Shown here: positions 25,770 to 38,230 of the stretch, in pieces | Numbering within the stretch: the first letter of the stretch is position 1 | How the letters are laid out: the number at the start of each line of letters is the position of its first letter | Assembly: GCA_003971905.1 (NCBI GenBank) | Contig: RSEE01000011.1 | Span: 310,001-374,000 of the forward strand | DNA from: Moniliella sp. 'wahieum' | Lineage: Eukaryota | Direction: 5' to 3' | DNA length: 64,000 nucleotides | The notes under the pieces: model-generated | What the model saw: only the letters and a program-made list of their open reading frames with translations | The model's database searches: none | What the model was told of the DNA's origin: nothing | Program-made: the position numbers and the translations under genes

Positions 25770-26887
25770 GATGGAGCGGTGGATGGGGTAGGGATGCAGG
25801 AACAACCGGAGGTGGTGGATGGAAGGGGAAATGGGAAGAGAAGACCCGGGGGGGGGAATGGATGGTGCTATTCACCTGGCCAAGGGGAGTGTCCAAGGGT
25901 GCGGGTGATCCCGATCGGCGCGGGAGGAGCCGGGGGCAGCACGGGGAGGCTGTGGCGGCAAGAGAGGGGCAATGGAGGGACACCGTGCATCGAGAGGATC
26001 GAATACGAGAGCACATGAGACACATTCACAGATTCCGATTCCGTGCCCATCGCCTGGCTGGCGCGCTGCCTGCCGCTTTCCCAGCCGGTGCCGGCGAGGC
26101 AGTGGGCGACACCTGGGGCCTGGAGCCATGGTGGCTCGCCAATGGGACCGACGCCCAATGCTTCTGCTTTGACGGATTGGCCGTGGATTCTACCGTGTGT
26201 GGTTTTCATGTCGAAGAAGGGCGGTGGCGCCAACCGCACGGGCCTGCATCCCATCATGCATCCCGGCTGCCCAGCCGCACGGGGCCAGTGCGTGTGGTGC
26301 CCCGATCACATTCCCCCTCGCGATCTTCGATCGAAGATTGGAGCGTCAGATTCCGATTCAGATCCCAGACGGCCTCGCAGCGCCTCGGCCGCAGAGCCCC
26401 AGATTATGCTGTCACCCGGTCACACCCACGAGCCAGCCTGGGCGCCGCGCGGACCATTCATCGACGTCATCGCGTCACGCGTCACTGGCCACCAGTGAGC
26501 AATGGCACGTGGCATGTGGGCTTGCACCGAACGCAGGTGGAATGTGAAAGAGGGCATTGGAACTGCTGGGGGCCGATTACGCAATTGGCGCTGGCGATGG
26601 CGCGTCGATGGCGGGGGCCAGCGGGTGGCGAGCAGCGGAATGGGCAGAGGCGGAATGGGTGCACGCGCCATGCTGGCCTCAGCCTGAGGAGCGCCTCAGC
26701 GCTTAGCTCAGCAGCTTCGGGCTGGTCGTGGTGGCGAGTCAGGCGGTGGCGCGCAAAGTCCAACTCCGGTTGAAGCTTCAGTGACTAGTGAAGGCCGAAG
26801 GCACGCGCACTGGACAACACAATACACCACAGCGTGTTCTGTCCGTCCTCCCTTCGCCCCACCACCACCACCACCATCCCCCCCCAC

Positions 26888-28270
26888 ATGTGCCGCCTGC
26901 TTGTCTTCAAGGGCGCCGAGCCCATCCAGCTCAGCGAGCTCGTCACCCGGCCTGCCCACAGCATCATCAACCAGGCCTACGACTCTCGTCTCCGCCTCGA
27001 CGCCACCCGCGCCGTCAACGGTGACGGCTTTGGCGTTGGCTGGTACGACGCCGACCTGCCCTCCTCTCCCCCCGCGTCCATTCCATCCGACGATGACCAT
27101 TCCCTTTCCTCCGACGCATCTACCCCTTCTACTGCCTCCGCCGAACTTGACGCAGCCGATGCCCCCGACCGTGGTGGCAACGACCACGACGCCAACCCCG
27201 CTGCGCCGTGCATCTTCACCTCTGTCACGCCCGCCTGGAACAATGCCAACCTGCACCGCCTGGCTGACAAGATTCGCAGCCCCCTCGTTTTTGCCCACGT
27301 TCGTGCCTCCACAGCCGGGGCTCTTGCGGAAACCAATTGCCACCCATGGCGGTACGGACGGGTAATGTGGATGCATAATGGCCAAGTCGCCCAGTTCTCT
27401 TCCCACATCAAACGCCGCCTTCTTGCCTCTTTGCCCGACCATCTGTTTGCGTTCCCCCAGGGTCAGACCGACTCGGAGCATGCGTTTGCCCTCTTCTGTC
27501 TCACTTGACCAATCCGGAACGTGCGACGCCCTTCGCGTGGCGCGAGCTGCGCGATGCGTTGCTTGCCACCATTGCCGATCTGAATCGCTGGGCAACGGAA
27601 GCAGGCGTGACCGAGCCTTCGCTTCTCAACTTTGTCGCTACAGACGGCTGCAGTGTCGTAGCTTCCCGCTACGTTTCGTCCGCCACCGACGAAGCCGCGA
27701 GCCTCTACTTTTCTTCGGGCACCTCGTTTTACCCCGCCAGTCCTGGCAAGTACCGCATGGTCAAGGCCGACAAGCGCGAGCGCTTGGCTGTCATCACATC
27801 CGAACCTCTCACCTTGAGAAGGCCGACTGGATCCAAATCCCGACCAACACCTGTGTCGTCATCACACCTCGGATCAACATTCTTCAAGAGCCCATCCGCG
27901 ACCAATTTGCGTCCGAACCGGGCGCGCCAGAACGCTCGCCTTCCTTTATTCTTCGCTCGGGATACCAGCCCAACATTCCTGTCGGCCCTGCGGCGGAGCG
28001 GGCAAAGCAAGACACGTCGCAGGTGGTTCCCCCTGCTTCCCCCGCCGTCGCAGTACCTCCTGCTTCTGCTTCTGCTTCTACTTCTGCTCCTGCCTCTGAG
28101 TCTACCGCTTCCGTTCCCGAGGTTCGGCTGACTGATCCCCCTCTTGCCACCAAGCCCATTTCCTCGCCCTCCGCGACCACGCCCCAAGCCCCGTTGGTGG
28201 AGGCCAAAAAGGACGCATTGGCTGCGCTCCTGAAACGGCCCTCCAAGGCCCCCTCGCCCCTGCTTCTGTG
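26888..28270 (+). CDS. DUG3: Class II (Ntn) glutamine amidotransferase, Dug3-like; probably the N-terminal half of a fusion with the PTPA domain
   Basis: MCRLLVFKG (Cys2 nucleophile), RPAHSIINQ, NGDGFGVGWY, TSVTPAWNNANL, FAHVRAST, NCHP, WMHNG, GQTDSE, SLLNF, SLYFSSGT, SEPLT, followed by a Pro/Ala/Ser-rich linker. Confidence 0.9.
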
Positions 28271-29538
28271 ACCAAAGAGGAGACCGATACCAGGTCCCCG
28301 ATCCCCTTGGAGACGCCTAGCCTCAAGGTCACCCCCGTCCCTGCTGCTCAGCTGGAAGGCAGGAAGTTCGAGGCGCCGCCCAAGCGGATCCTCAGTGCGC
28401 ATGGCATGGACCGCTGGCGCACTTCGCAGACATTTGATGAAGTGTTGTCTTTCATTTGGGTTTTGAACCAGGCGGCATGGGGCCGGACGCTGCGGGACCC
28501 GCAGGTGCAAGATTCAGCGCCGGTCCAAGCGCTGCGTCAGTTGGTCCGCTCTGTCGATGCGTTGGTCCAGGCCACCCCGGCCGTGGAAACCAATTCGCGG
28601 TTTGGCAACCCCGCCTTCCGTCAATTTCACGCCAAGTTGGTGGCGGCCGTGCCGGAGCTGCATCGTGCGTTGCGTCAAGCTGCGCCGCTTCCTCCAGGGG
28701 TGGAGGAAGAAGTAGGGGTGTACCTGACCGAGTCGTGGGGGTCGGTACAACGGTTGGATTATGGTTCGGGGATGGAGCTGTCGTTTGTGTTGTATCTGGG
28801 GTTGGTCAAGGTGGGCTACCTGAACTTGGAGAGGGATGGTGCGGCGATGGTGCTACACGTGTTTTGGGATTACATCCAAGTCATGCGCCGGATCCAACAG
28901 ACGTATTGGCTCGAACCGGCCGGCTCACATGGCGTGTGGGGGTTGGACGATTACCATTTCCTTCCGTTTGTCTGGGGCTCGGCGCAGCTTGCCCCGCACA
29001 AGCATTTGCGTCCGCGCGCGATTCACGATGCCGGCCTGGTACAGGACTTGGGCGACGAGTATATGTATTTCGCGTGTGTACGCCAAGTCAATTCGGTCAA
29101 GACGGCTTCCCTCCGCTGGCACTCGCCCATGCTCGATGACATTTCCGCCGTCAAGACCTGGTCTAAGGTGAACGAAGGATTGCTGAAAATGTATCGGGCG
29201 GAAGTGCTGCTCAAGTTGCCCATTGCCAGCACATTCGCTTTGGCAGCTTGCTCCCTTTCCCTCCTGCTACACCGAGGCGGAAGCCCAAGAAGACGCTATG
29301 GCCGCATTGGACGAACCCCGAGACCACGATCATGCCCACTCAGATGCCGAGGGCACAGTGGACTGTGGTCATGCCCACGGCGCCGCCGATGGCCAAGCAG
29401 CCGGGTGGGGCGATTGCTGCGGCATCCCCATCCAGCCGCGTTTGGCGCGGCACAGGCAGCAGCCAAACAGGGCACACTGCGTGACCAGCCGCCGGCTTGG
29501 GCTTGGGCAGCAGCGTTCGCCGGATTCCGTTCGATTGA
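28268..29538 (+). CDS. RRD2: Phosphotyrosyl phosphatase activator (PP2A activator, PTPA) domain, Rrd2/Ypa2-like
   Basis: FEAPPKRIL, SRFGNPAFR, SWGS..RLDYGSGMEL, YWLEPAGSHGVWGLDDYHFLPF.WGSAQL, SLRWHSPMLDDIS.VKTWSKVNEGL.KMY.AEVL.KLPI, GWGDCCGIP, ends RRIPFD* at 29538. Confidence 0.93.
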
Positions 29539-29967
29539 TCCGCCTCCCCCTCTTCGGAGATTCTTGCGCTACGTGGCTGCCATTGCACACTTTTTTTTCG
29601 AGCACTATGGCGGCTGTCTCGGGACCGGCTGAGGGAGAGGGATGGATGAATGGATTGATAGGGATTGATATTCGCCCCATGGATTGAGAATGCATCCGGT
29701 AGTAGCTTGCTGCGGCAGGGGCCAGGGGCCAGGGGCCAGAGCAGCAGGGCAAGCCAACAGGCCAGCGTACAGGCCGGAACCCCCATGGTTGATCAACAGA
29801 GGGGGGGGGGGGAGATCACAGGAGAGGACCGAAAATGATGGGGAGTAGGTACTACAAGCGAGCGGACGGAGAGGCGAGAAGGTAAAGATAGAACATTGTT
29901 TCCTCTCATGGTGGGGTGGGACAGAAGTGGGTAGACAATATGGTACGGTACGTGTGGTGGCGCCCTG

Positions 29968-32721
29968 CTACCATACATACGCCCGCGCCGTCGGGTCGGG
30001 CTGGGTCGGGGGCATGGCAGGCACCGCTTCCCTGCGACAGAGGGGGCAGGAATGGAGGCCTGGGTGATCCATCGATCGACGCACTCGACATGGAACGCAT
30101 GCTTGCACGGCAAAACCGGGCGGCAGTCGTCGTTCCACTCCTCGTAGCACACGGCACAGCAGTGGTCCGCCTCTCCACCTTGGATCTGGCCCTTCTCAAA
30201 CGCTTCCACAATCGCCGGGCGGCCGTGTAAGATGATAGTGTCCGAGGCATCAATCTCCTCTTGCGTGGCCTTCTTAACTCGGGCATCGCGGCACTCGCAA
30301 ATGTCTGCAGCCTGGACAGCAGCTCCATAAGGTACATGATTTCCCAGCCCGGGCACTTGAAGCGGTAACGTACGCAGCGGATGGTCGGGTTCGTAGTACC
30401 CTCCTGTAATGATGATGCTTGTACCGCACCGGCGCCGACTCGTTCTCCCCGGCCCCACCGGCCTCAGGGGGCAAGTGAGTGGAGCGAATGCCAACGACCA
30501 AATGCGGGACAAGGTTGTTAGCCGACGAGGGTTCGGATCCCTCTGCTCCCCCTCGACTTGGCTGGGACCTTGCTGCGTCGGTCCGGCCCTCAGACGTCGA
30601 GGCCGTCGCCGTGCCTTCATGGTCGTGCACGCATTGGGACGCACCACGTCCGGCCTGGGCTGCGGGTCGAAACGGAACATGCGCAAAAAGACAATCTCAT
30701 CCTCCGTCACATCGTCCACCGGCCGCCGTACTCTTCGGGCACTGCTGCGGTCTCTGCTGCATTGACAGGCATCCGTTGTAGCGTTCTGCTCGGCGCCCTG
30801 CTGCCCAGCAAGCCGATACCTCCACGCCATCTCAATGGCAGCGACGAGGGTCCGTAGAGAGGGTGTGGAGCCAATGGTCAAAGGAATGCTCAGGACCATC
30901 GTCCACCGGCCCAAACGGGCACGTCGAAGCGAGGACTCCAACGAAGCATGCGTCCACCTGCCGACGAGGTCAGACCCGACTCGATCGCTCCGCCTCGGCC
31001 CGATCAGAGGCAGTGGCAGAGGAGTTGGGTCCCTGCGACTCGCTCGCATCGGCCAGAACAGGCAATCGGGTCCCGGGGCCACGGCCGGCTCTCGGCGTGC
31101 AGGTGGGGGCAGGGCCGGGGCCAGGCGTATCACCGGCCCAAGCAGAGCGCAGCATCGCAGGCAAACCAGGCGCTGCGAGTTGCCCTGCATCCCTCGGTGT
31201 TTGGCGCAGCAGAAGAGAGGGGGCGGTCGCGGTCGCGTCTCGGATGAGGGAGGAGGGCTTGTCTGGGGTACGCCCGGGCCCGCTGCGTCCGAGCCCGGCA
31301 TGCGAAGCCCCTCGGTGCCGCCCTGCGTGGTATCCTCAGCGCCAGAGGCGGGGACAGGTTCGGGACGGGAGTAGCCGGGCGGAACGGACCCTCGCATGTT
31401 CCGGCTGGTAATCTGTGCCGGATCGAGTAGGCTGGTTGCCACCGCCGAGGCTGCAACTGTAATCATGCGGGTCAGGAGAGCTCCATGTTCGCTTGCATTG
31501 GACTGCTCCGAGGCATTCGTCCTCGTCGATCCCGAGGCATGCGGGGCACTGTCTCCCCCTCCCCACCTGGGTTCGGTAGGAGGCAAAGCGGCTGCATCGG
31601 CCTCCTCTTCGGCCGGGTTGGAGTTGGACTCAGCAGTACTGGGACCTTGCATGGTACAGAACAGATGCCGCGTCGGGAGGAGAAGGTTGAGGCTGTTCCT
31701 GCGATTCCTGAGCAGGCACCGCGTTTGGCTCAGAGATGGTAGTTGAGGAAGGAGGTTGTGAGTCTGGGTTGGATGGGTTGGATGATGAAGTGGCACCGGG
31801 AGGGTGGTATCGCGCCATAAAGACGCCCTGGACGACATGAAAGTACCCGAGGTGACCAAACTAGGATCGGGCGGCCTCCCATTGGGGACGTTGGCCGTTC
31901 TGTTGATCCAGCGAGCGGCGTTGCAACAAATCGTGAATGGCACGCCCCATATCCAGTCCTGCGCCGGGTCCACGACCCAGTCCAGGCCGACGCGGACGGC
32001 TGGAACCTAAGGGAGAATGATCGTCATGGGACGATTCGTTGGGACCTGGGTCAATGAAAGGCGCACCACGCTCCCGTGTTAGTCGCGTGAGCAAGGCAGG
32101 CAGACGCAAGCGATTTAAACGGCTCGTAGAGTTAGAGCGGGGGCGGCCGGAAGGCACACTGTCACCCATGCTAGGTTCCGACTGTTGCTCCGTCTGGTCC
32201 AAGGGCGGGGAGTGAAGCGGCCGGGGAGCGGGGCTGGGGGTTATCCGTGCCCGAGGGAGTAGCGCCACCTACCCCAGAAGGGCGGCCGGCAGTGCCATAG
32301 CCAGCGCATCGATCAGGGAATTCGGCTCAGGAGGTCGTGCTTGGGTTCCTTCATCCGAAGGCTCGCCGGTGGCAGAGGCAGTGATGGGGTCCGTACCCGA
32401 ACTAGAGTGCGTGTCGGCACCTGCCGGCGTGGCAGGCTCGGTGGGTTGAGCTAAGCGGAGCGGGCGAACGGAGGATGGGAGAGGACGGAGCAGACGCCGA
32501 CGTAGTGATGGGCGCGGATCCGAGGTTCCCGGCGCATTCTCCTGGGAATCACGCCGGCGACGTTGGCCAGCAAGCGAGAGGGGCGGGGGAAGCGGAAGCT
32601 CGCGCTCTGGGCCCGGGGCGCTCGGGGTGGCCGGGGCGCCGGGAGACGAGTGGCGGGTGGCGGGGGCCATCGGCTCGTCCTCCGAGTCGTCAGAGCGGAT
32701 GCGGGACTGGGCGGTGCCCAT
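29968..32721 (-). CDS. Long disordered protein with C-terminal RING-H2 finger (putative E3 ubiquitin ligase)
   Basis: CAVCYEEW...LPCKHAFHVECVDRWITQ...SCPLCR, preceded by IITGGYYEPDHP and LMELLSRL..ATQEEIDAS. Starts MGTAQSR. Multiple frameshifts. Confidence 0.8.
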
Positions 32722-33575
32722 GGTGGGGATCGGCGCGGGGGACGCCACAGGAAGGAGCACACGCGAAAGAAGAGGAGGAGGTGGCGGTGGGAGTGGCGTG
32801 GAGATGTGCTGTCGGATCTGGGATCTGGGATAGGGATCTGGCAACCGACGAGCGGCCAGCCAATGCCGATGCCGAAAGCGCAAGAAGCGACCCAGCAGGT
32901 CGGTCATGCCGCAACCCTAGCGGGCGTGCAAGCCAGTGGGCAGTGGCCCAGCGGTGGCAAGCGACGCCCCCCGCCAAACCACCCCACGGCGCGAGTGCTG
33001 CGCCGCCAAGCCCACACACCCCCCTGCAGCCAGGTTACGTCAACAGCTGCCCCCTCGCCCGCAGGCGCCAGTCGCCGGAGAAAGCCACAGAAGCATGCAT
33101 CATCCATCGCGCATGCATCAACCGTACCCCTGCATCAGCGCGTCAGCGCGTCAGCACCAATGCACAATGTTTCAATGTGGCACGCGTCGCCTCTGGTCGC
33201 CACCCACAGCCTGGCCACAGTGGCATACAACACCGCATCAAAAAAGAACAAACGACACATACTAAACTACTTTGTACAGCCGGTGAGGCCACCTCCTGTC
33301 TCCCTCTCGGCAATGCCAATGGGGGGAAGAAATGCATGGAACGAGAGAAAGGCCAGTAGCCCTGGGTGCAATGGAGGTGTAACAAAAGTGTGACGCGCAC
33401 ATATCCGAAGAAGGGTTTGTTCACATAATGACACGAAGGTGACTGCCACAAAAAATGTGCACACACTTTTTAGTACACACTCTTTCCCTAACATGGAAGG
33501 GAAAGAGGGGTTAAGAGGAGCTTACGCCAAAACGGAGGCCAGAAGAGTTGGCGAAAACGAAGCGCATCTTGTAGT

Positions 33576-33637
33576 TGACATCAAAAGTGGTAAGTGTGTG
33601 TCCATCATCAAAAGGTGTGGTAAGTGTTGTGTCCATC
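33576..33637. repeat. Imperfect tandem duplication of about 29 bp
   Basis: catcaaaagtggtaagtgtgtgtccat followed by catcaaaaggtgtggtaagtgttgtgtccat. Confidence 0.75.
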
Positions 33638-33689
33638 GAATGAGAAAGGGTGAGTTGAATCTTGTGAGTGTCGATATGCCTAGAGGTCT

Positions 33690-34106
33690 GAGTGAAAAAC
33701 AGCAGCAAATAAGAGAAGATCGAACCGTTCAGTATTAGGAAACAGGCATTGCGTTGAGGAGTTTCATCGACGTATATGTCCTTTGCGTAGGCCATGCGGC
33801 TAGAAGAAGGAAGTTGACAGGTGAAAGAGAATGGCGTGGATGGACACTTACTACAGAGGGTTGCCGCAACAAAGCGAGAGGGGTTCATGTTATGCTTGCG
33901 GGAACAGGTGTGGGTGAATGCCGGTGCGTAGGTACCCACATTGATCACCCCGTTCGCGCCGTGTCCATAATAAAGGAGAACAGCGACAGCCGACGACCCA
34001 GCTGCCGACGAGCATAATACCGACTTGCGCGACAGGCGATAAGAATGGCGGTGAAGTGGAAGGGAGCGCGTCGGGCAAGGAAAGTGATTGGGCGAGCACC
34101 GGCCAT
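33690..34106 (-). CDS. Putative small single-TM protein, multi-exon
   Basis: MAGARPITFLARRAPFHFTAILIA..GIMLVGSWVVG..PLLWTRRERGDQ, then a plausible intron ending CTTCTAG. Needs frameshift correction. Confidence 0.3.
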
Positions 34107-34986
34107 GGTGAAAGAGAGACCCAAGAGGGGGGCGTCGAGAGCAGGTGTTTGGTGTGTGGTGGTGGCGAGGGCTGGAAAGGCACACGGGCGTGCGGGTTTG
34201 GATGCGGCGGGGGGTGGCTGGGCGGGGGTCCGTCAGGCGAGGCGCGGGCGTGCTCGTGTGGTGTGGCCGAAACATGGCTGCATGCATTCGAGAAGCATGG
34301 TCTTGTTTGCCTGATCGAGATTAAGCTCGCAGCGCTTGCTGAGCTTTTGCTTGTGGGCTGTGTGGGCATGCAAAGGGAGGAGGATTAGTTGAACTTACAC
34401 CCATGTGCGTATAAGCAAGACAACAAGACGCTGTGAAAGCATCCCCGAGAGGAAGAGGCCCCTCTGTCTCCCTTAATCTTGCAGCATGTTCGGAGATTCA
34501 GCCGTGCTGGTGGGAGAGAAAGACGCGTCTGTTTTGCGTGCGCATAGTATACACTCACAGTTGCTGGTTGGCTTGGACCACCACACCACCACTGGTGCGA
34601 TTGCATCACTCCCCAGGACCACACATCATCTCACCAGATCCACTTTGCTCTTCGATTGTGGTGGTGGGGTTGTCATGTTTATCAGCTGTGGAGGAAGCGG
34701 TGTATATATGAAATGGCCGTGACGTTTCCATTAATTGAACCAAAGAAGGGATAGCTCGGACTAGGTCACTTGAAGAGCTGAAGCACAAAGCAAGAAAGAG
34801 TACAGTAACGTGCCCAATTACACGCACCCAATGTCCCACAGAGTTGCACAATAATACGACGTTATACACATGTCGGACACAGGACAGGTATACTCGGATA
34901 TCTGTTCAGGAAAGAGAAAGGAACGTCAAAGGCTTCCATCCCCCTCTCTTCTCTCCAAACCATGGGCCAAGGGTTTCTCGAATCTT

Positions 34987-36043
34987 TCAATCCATACGGT
35001 TGAAGAGTTTACTTCCGGGGCTTAGGTCTCCAATGGGGAGGGTAAAGTAGGAGCTTGTCGAATCGAGCAGCGAGCTGGTTGAGGTCCAGAAGCCAGTCAT
35101 GGCGTAGCTAAGCCAAATGCTCCACCGGCGAGTTGCCATGCGGTGTGCCCAGTAAAGTAGTAGCCCATCAGCATCCCAATCGTGACAAGCAGCCAGAACA
35201 GCGTTACAGCTAGTGCGATCGAAGCGCGCAATGTGGCGAGAAGGAGAATGAAGGTCACGATAAACCACCCCCGAGGAAGATCCCAATACTTGACTCGAGT
35301 TCATCAGGGGGAACGGCGGCACCAATCCCAAACCAAGGGATTTGAATAATGGCAAAGCTAATCCAGAAGCTGCCGTACTGATTGGGGGGGGAGTCAGTGG
35401 TGTCCAACTCATGAGGAAGGTAAGCCCCCTGAGAACAAAAACAATGCCTCAGGGAGACGTTCCACGTACCATACAGAAAGCCGTGGCAGCGAATGTGTTA
35501 CCTGGGAAATGTGAAGAGAATAGATATATGGAGCGTCAGTTTGCCGTCATGGTTGAGTGGGATATGCCATGAAAGAACGGTAACGTACCAGTGGCAAACT
35601 CCCAGATACCGGCGACAAACTGGGCCAAACCACCGGTCGCCAGGGAAGGGCCTACGATGAGATTCGCATGGAGGATTCCACGAGCCCGGACGTTAAACAT
35701 CGAAAGCATGAAGACAGTGCACGAGAAGGCCATAAGACCCAAAGGTGTGGGTGAAGCCAGGCGACTTTATTGTTTCGGTTAGTTTGAACACTCTACGCTT
35801 GATCTCCGGAGAGAAAGGGATTCGGGTGCAGAGGGAAGTGTGGTGCTTACCGATGGTATACCGGAACGCAGGTTGTGAGTTGTCAACAAAATGCCCGCCA
35901 TCAGTGCGGGCACGCTGAAGGGTGTAGCCATCTTCGGAGCTGGGGAATTTGTTCACCTTGGCTACGGGAGCGGTACTGCCCGTGACGGTATGGTCCAACG
36001 GTGCAGTCATGTCCGGCAGAGAGGACGGGTCGTGAGACGTCAT
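34987..36043 (-). CDS. Gpr1/Fun34/YaaH (Ady2/Ato) acetate/ammonia transporter family
   Basis: DNSQPAF..YHR, ASPTPLGLMAF (variant of the NPAPLGL signature), GGLAQFVAGIWEFATGNTFAATAF. Two introns. Confidence 0.9.
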
Positions 36044-36769
36044 GGCGTGTGGATGAAGGGAAAAGGAGGACGTGGTGTCAAAGGGGGGGGGACAAGAGAC
36101 GGGGGTTTGAGTAGCAGCTCCCGCAGACATCCACAGGGGTTTATGTATCTCCATCAACCTGACTTCTAAACATGCAGCAGATCATCACTTGATTCATTCG
36201 AGAGGCTCCCTCTCCCCCACACTACTACCAATGTATAGCACCACTGGTGGATACTCCCTTCATGCTTTTGTTTTAGATGATAAAATGTCACGGCGTGGGG
36301 ACAGTACACAGTACCTTCGTCCAATCGCAGTAGATGGATAGAGTACTGATTTGGCCTTCTCGCGGTTGCGCACCCGCCCTTACCCCCACCCAGTCCGCCA
36401 GCTCCATCGGCATCGCTGCCTGTGTGTGCCCCATCCCTTATTCAGTCGGCGGCTGGGGATTTCTCCCCTTTGGTTACTTCGTCCCATACGCGCATAGGCC
36501 AACTGTGACGAGGTACAGAAGCGCGGCCTATCTGGCCAGGCCAACGCTCTGGTGCTCCCAAGTGTGCCCTCCTTGTCCCTAAAGTTACAGGCCTGTCACA
36601 TGTCACTCTTAATTCCACCCCAACGTGTTTCTAAACCCGCCTCCTTCACTATAGCCACCCGTACTCACGCTGCTTTTTCACTACCTACTGTGTACCAACA
36701 TCACATAGTCACGAAAACACCTTTGAGGCTGAAGCTCTGATGGGCTGCAGCTGTTGAGTACATATTGAG

Positions 36770-38230
36770 TTGAAGCCTGAGGCTCAGGTCCTCAGGCCTG
36801 GTCTTGTGTTTTGGCTGCTGGCATTGCCGTCATTGTCTTGACAACACTCTCAAGCGGGACCTTTTTTTTCGTGGATACCATACCAGTAAGCCACGAAAAG
36901 GTTCGGTTGGGGTGGGTTGTTGGCCGCGGTGGATCGAGGATCGCTGTTGCGTGCTACACAATCAAGTTTTCCAGAGAGAAGCGGTGTAGACTCGTATTGG
37001 CCAGCATCCTGAGCCAGGAACCCCCAGCCGGCCATACTTCTAAGAGGGCGTCGAGCTGCGGCCCCCACCAGTCACTGATCATCGATCATGCATCATACAT
37101 CATGCATCTACCGCCCCACAACTTGCGTGACACGTGACTGGATGGTCAATTAGGCACGGGCTGTGGACCGTCCAGCGCTCGATGGAAAAGAGGATCCGGA
37201 TATCTACCGCTGCTTCTTCGGGCCCGCCGGGACCGGGCGCTCATGCTATGGCTCGCTCTCACACCAAGATGTGTACGACGACATGCCGCCTCTTCGGCCC
37301 CATTCTCAGTGACGCGGTGACGCTGAGCGGAAGAGCAAGTTTCTTCTGTGGTTGGTGGCTTCGGAAGTCGGGAAATGGGCCAAGTGGGAAATTTATGGTG
37401 TTTTCCACCATCAGTATCAGTAGCGCGACGAGACCGCCACCACCGCCATCACCACGCCCCGCCTTGGGGACCTCCCGGTCACGAAGCTGGGGTGTATCGT
37501 ATTCCGTGGCTCTCTTCTAGTCTGGCTTTGGGGCTAGCTCGGATCGGCCTCTCCCTCGGCACTTTTCAGTTTGCATATATAATGGCGTGGAAGGCACAAT
37601 GATTAATGAGGCGCTGAGCTCAGCCTGAGCGCTGCCGGTTGACGCGGTTGACGGGTGACGTTGAGTAAACTGAATTGTGCGGGGTAGTCCGTATGTATAT
37701 CGTCTACCGCCAACCAAAACCACGGGTGATCGAGACACCACGCGACGCGCATACGGAGTAAGAATCAAGCCGGAAGCCGGACAAGGGGATGTGGGGAGTG
37801 TTGGCTACTTTGGCCGTGCAAGTTGCGTTACCGTCGGAGGTCAGTGGATTGGGATGCCGATGCAGGGCATATGGTGAGTGGGAACCCACCGGCTATGGGG
37901 CCGAGGGGATGTTAGGATAGCGCTTGGCCCGGTGAGGACGACTCCATCGATAGATGGGTTACCGGTTACCGGTTACCAGTTGAACAATGATTTACCTAAG
38001 CCCTAAAAGACCCCAACAAGCTGTGGAAACATAGGAACAATCGGGGTATTGTGTGTGGTCTTCGTATAGGTGTTTTGAGAGTGCGGGGGGAAGGATACCT
38101 GAGTACTACCAATGTAGCTGCAACTATGGCTGCTATGTTCAGAGTGGGGCAGAAGAGCAGTTCTGTTCTAAGATCTGACGGCCGTATCGGCACGTGGGTG
38201 GAGGCTTGCCGGTTACCGGCTACCGGTTAT
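36770..38230. repeat. Heptamer array cluster between the Ady2-like gene and the retrotransposon
   Basis: TCA in phase at 37072, 37079, 37086, 37093, 37100; TGA-GCGC (~37608-37632); TTA-CCGG-TTA-CCGG-TTA (37959-37975); CCGG-TTA-CCGG-CTA-CCGG-TTA (38209-38229). Confidence 0.88.
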
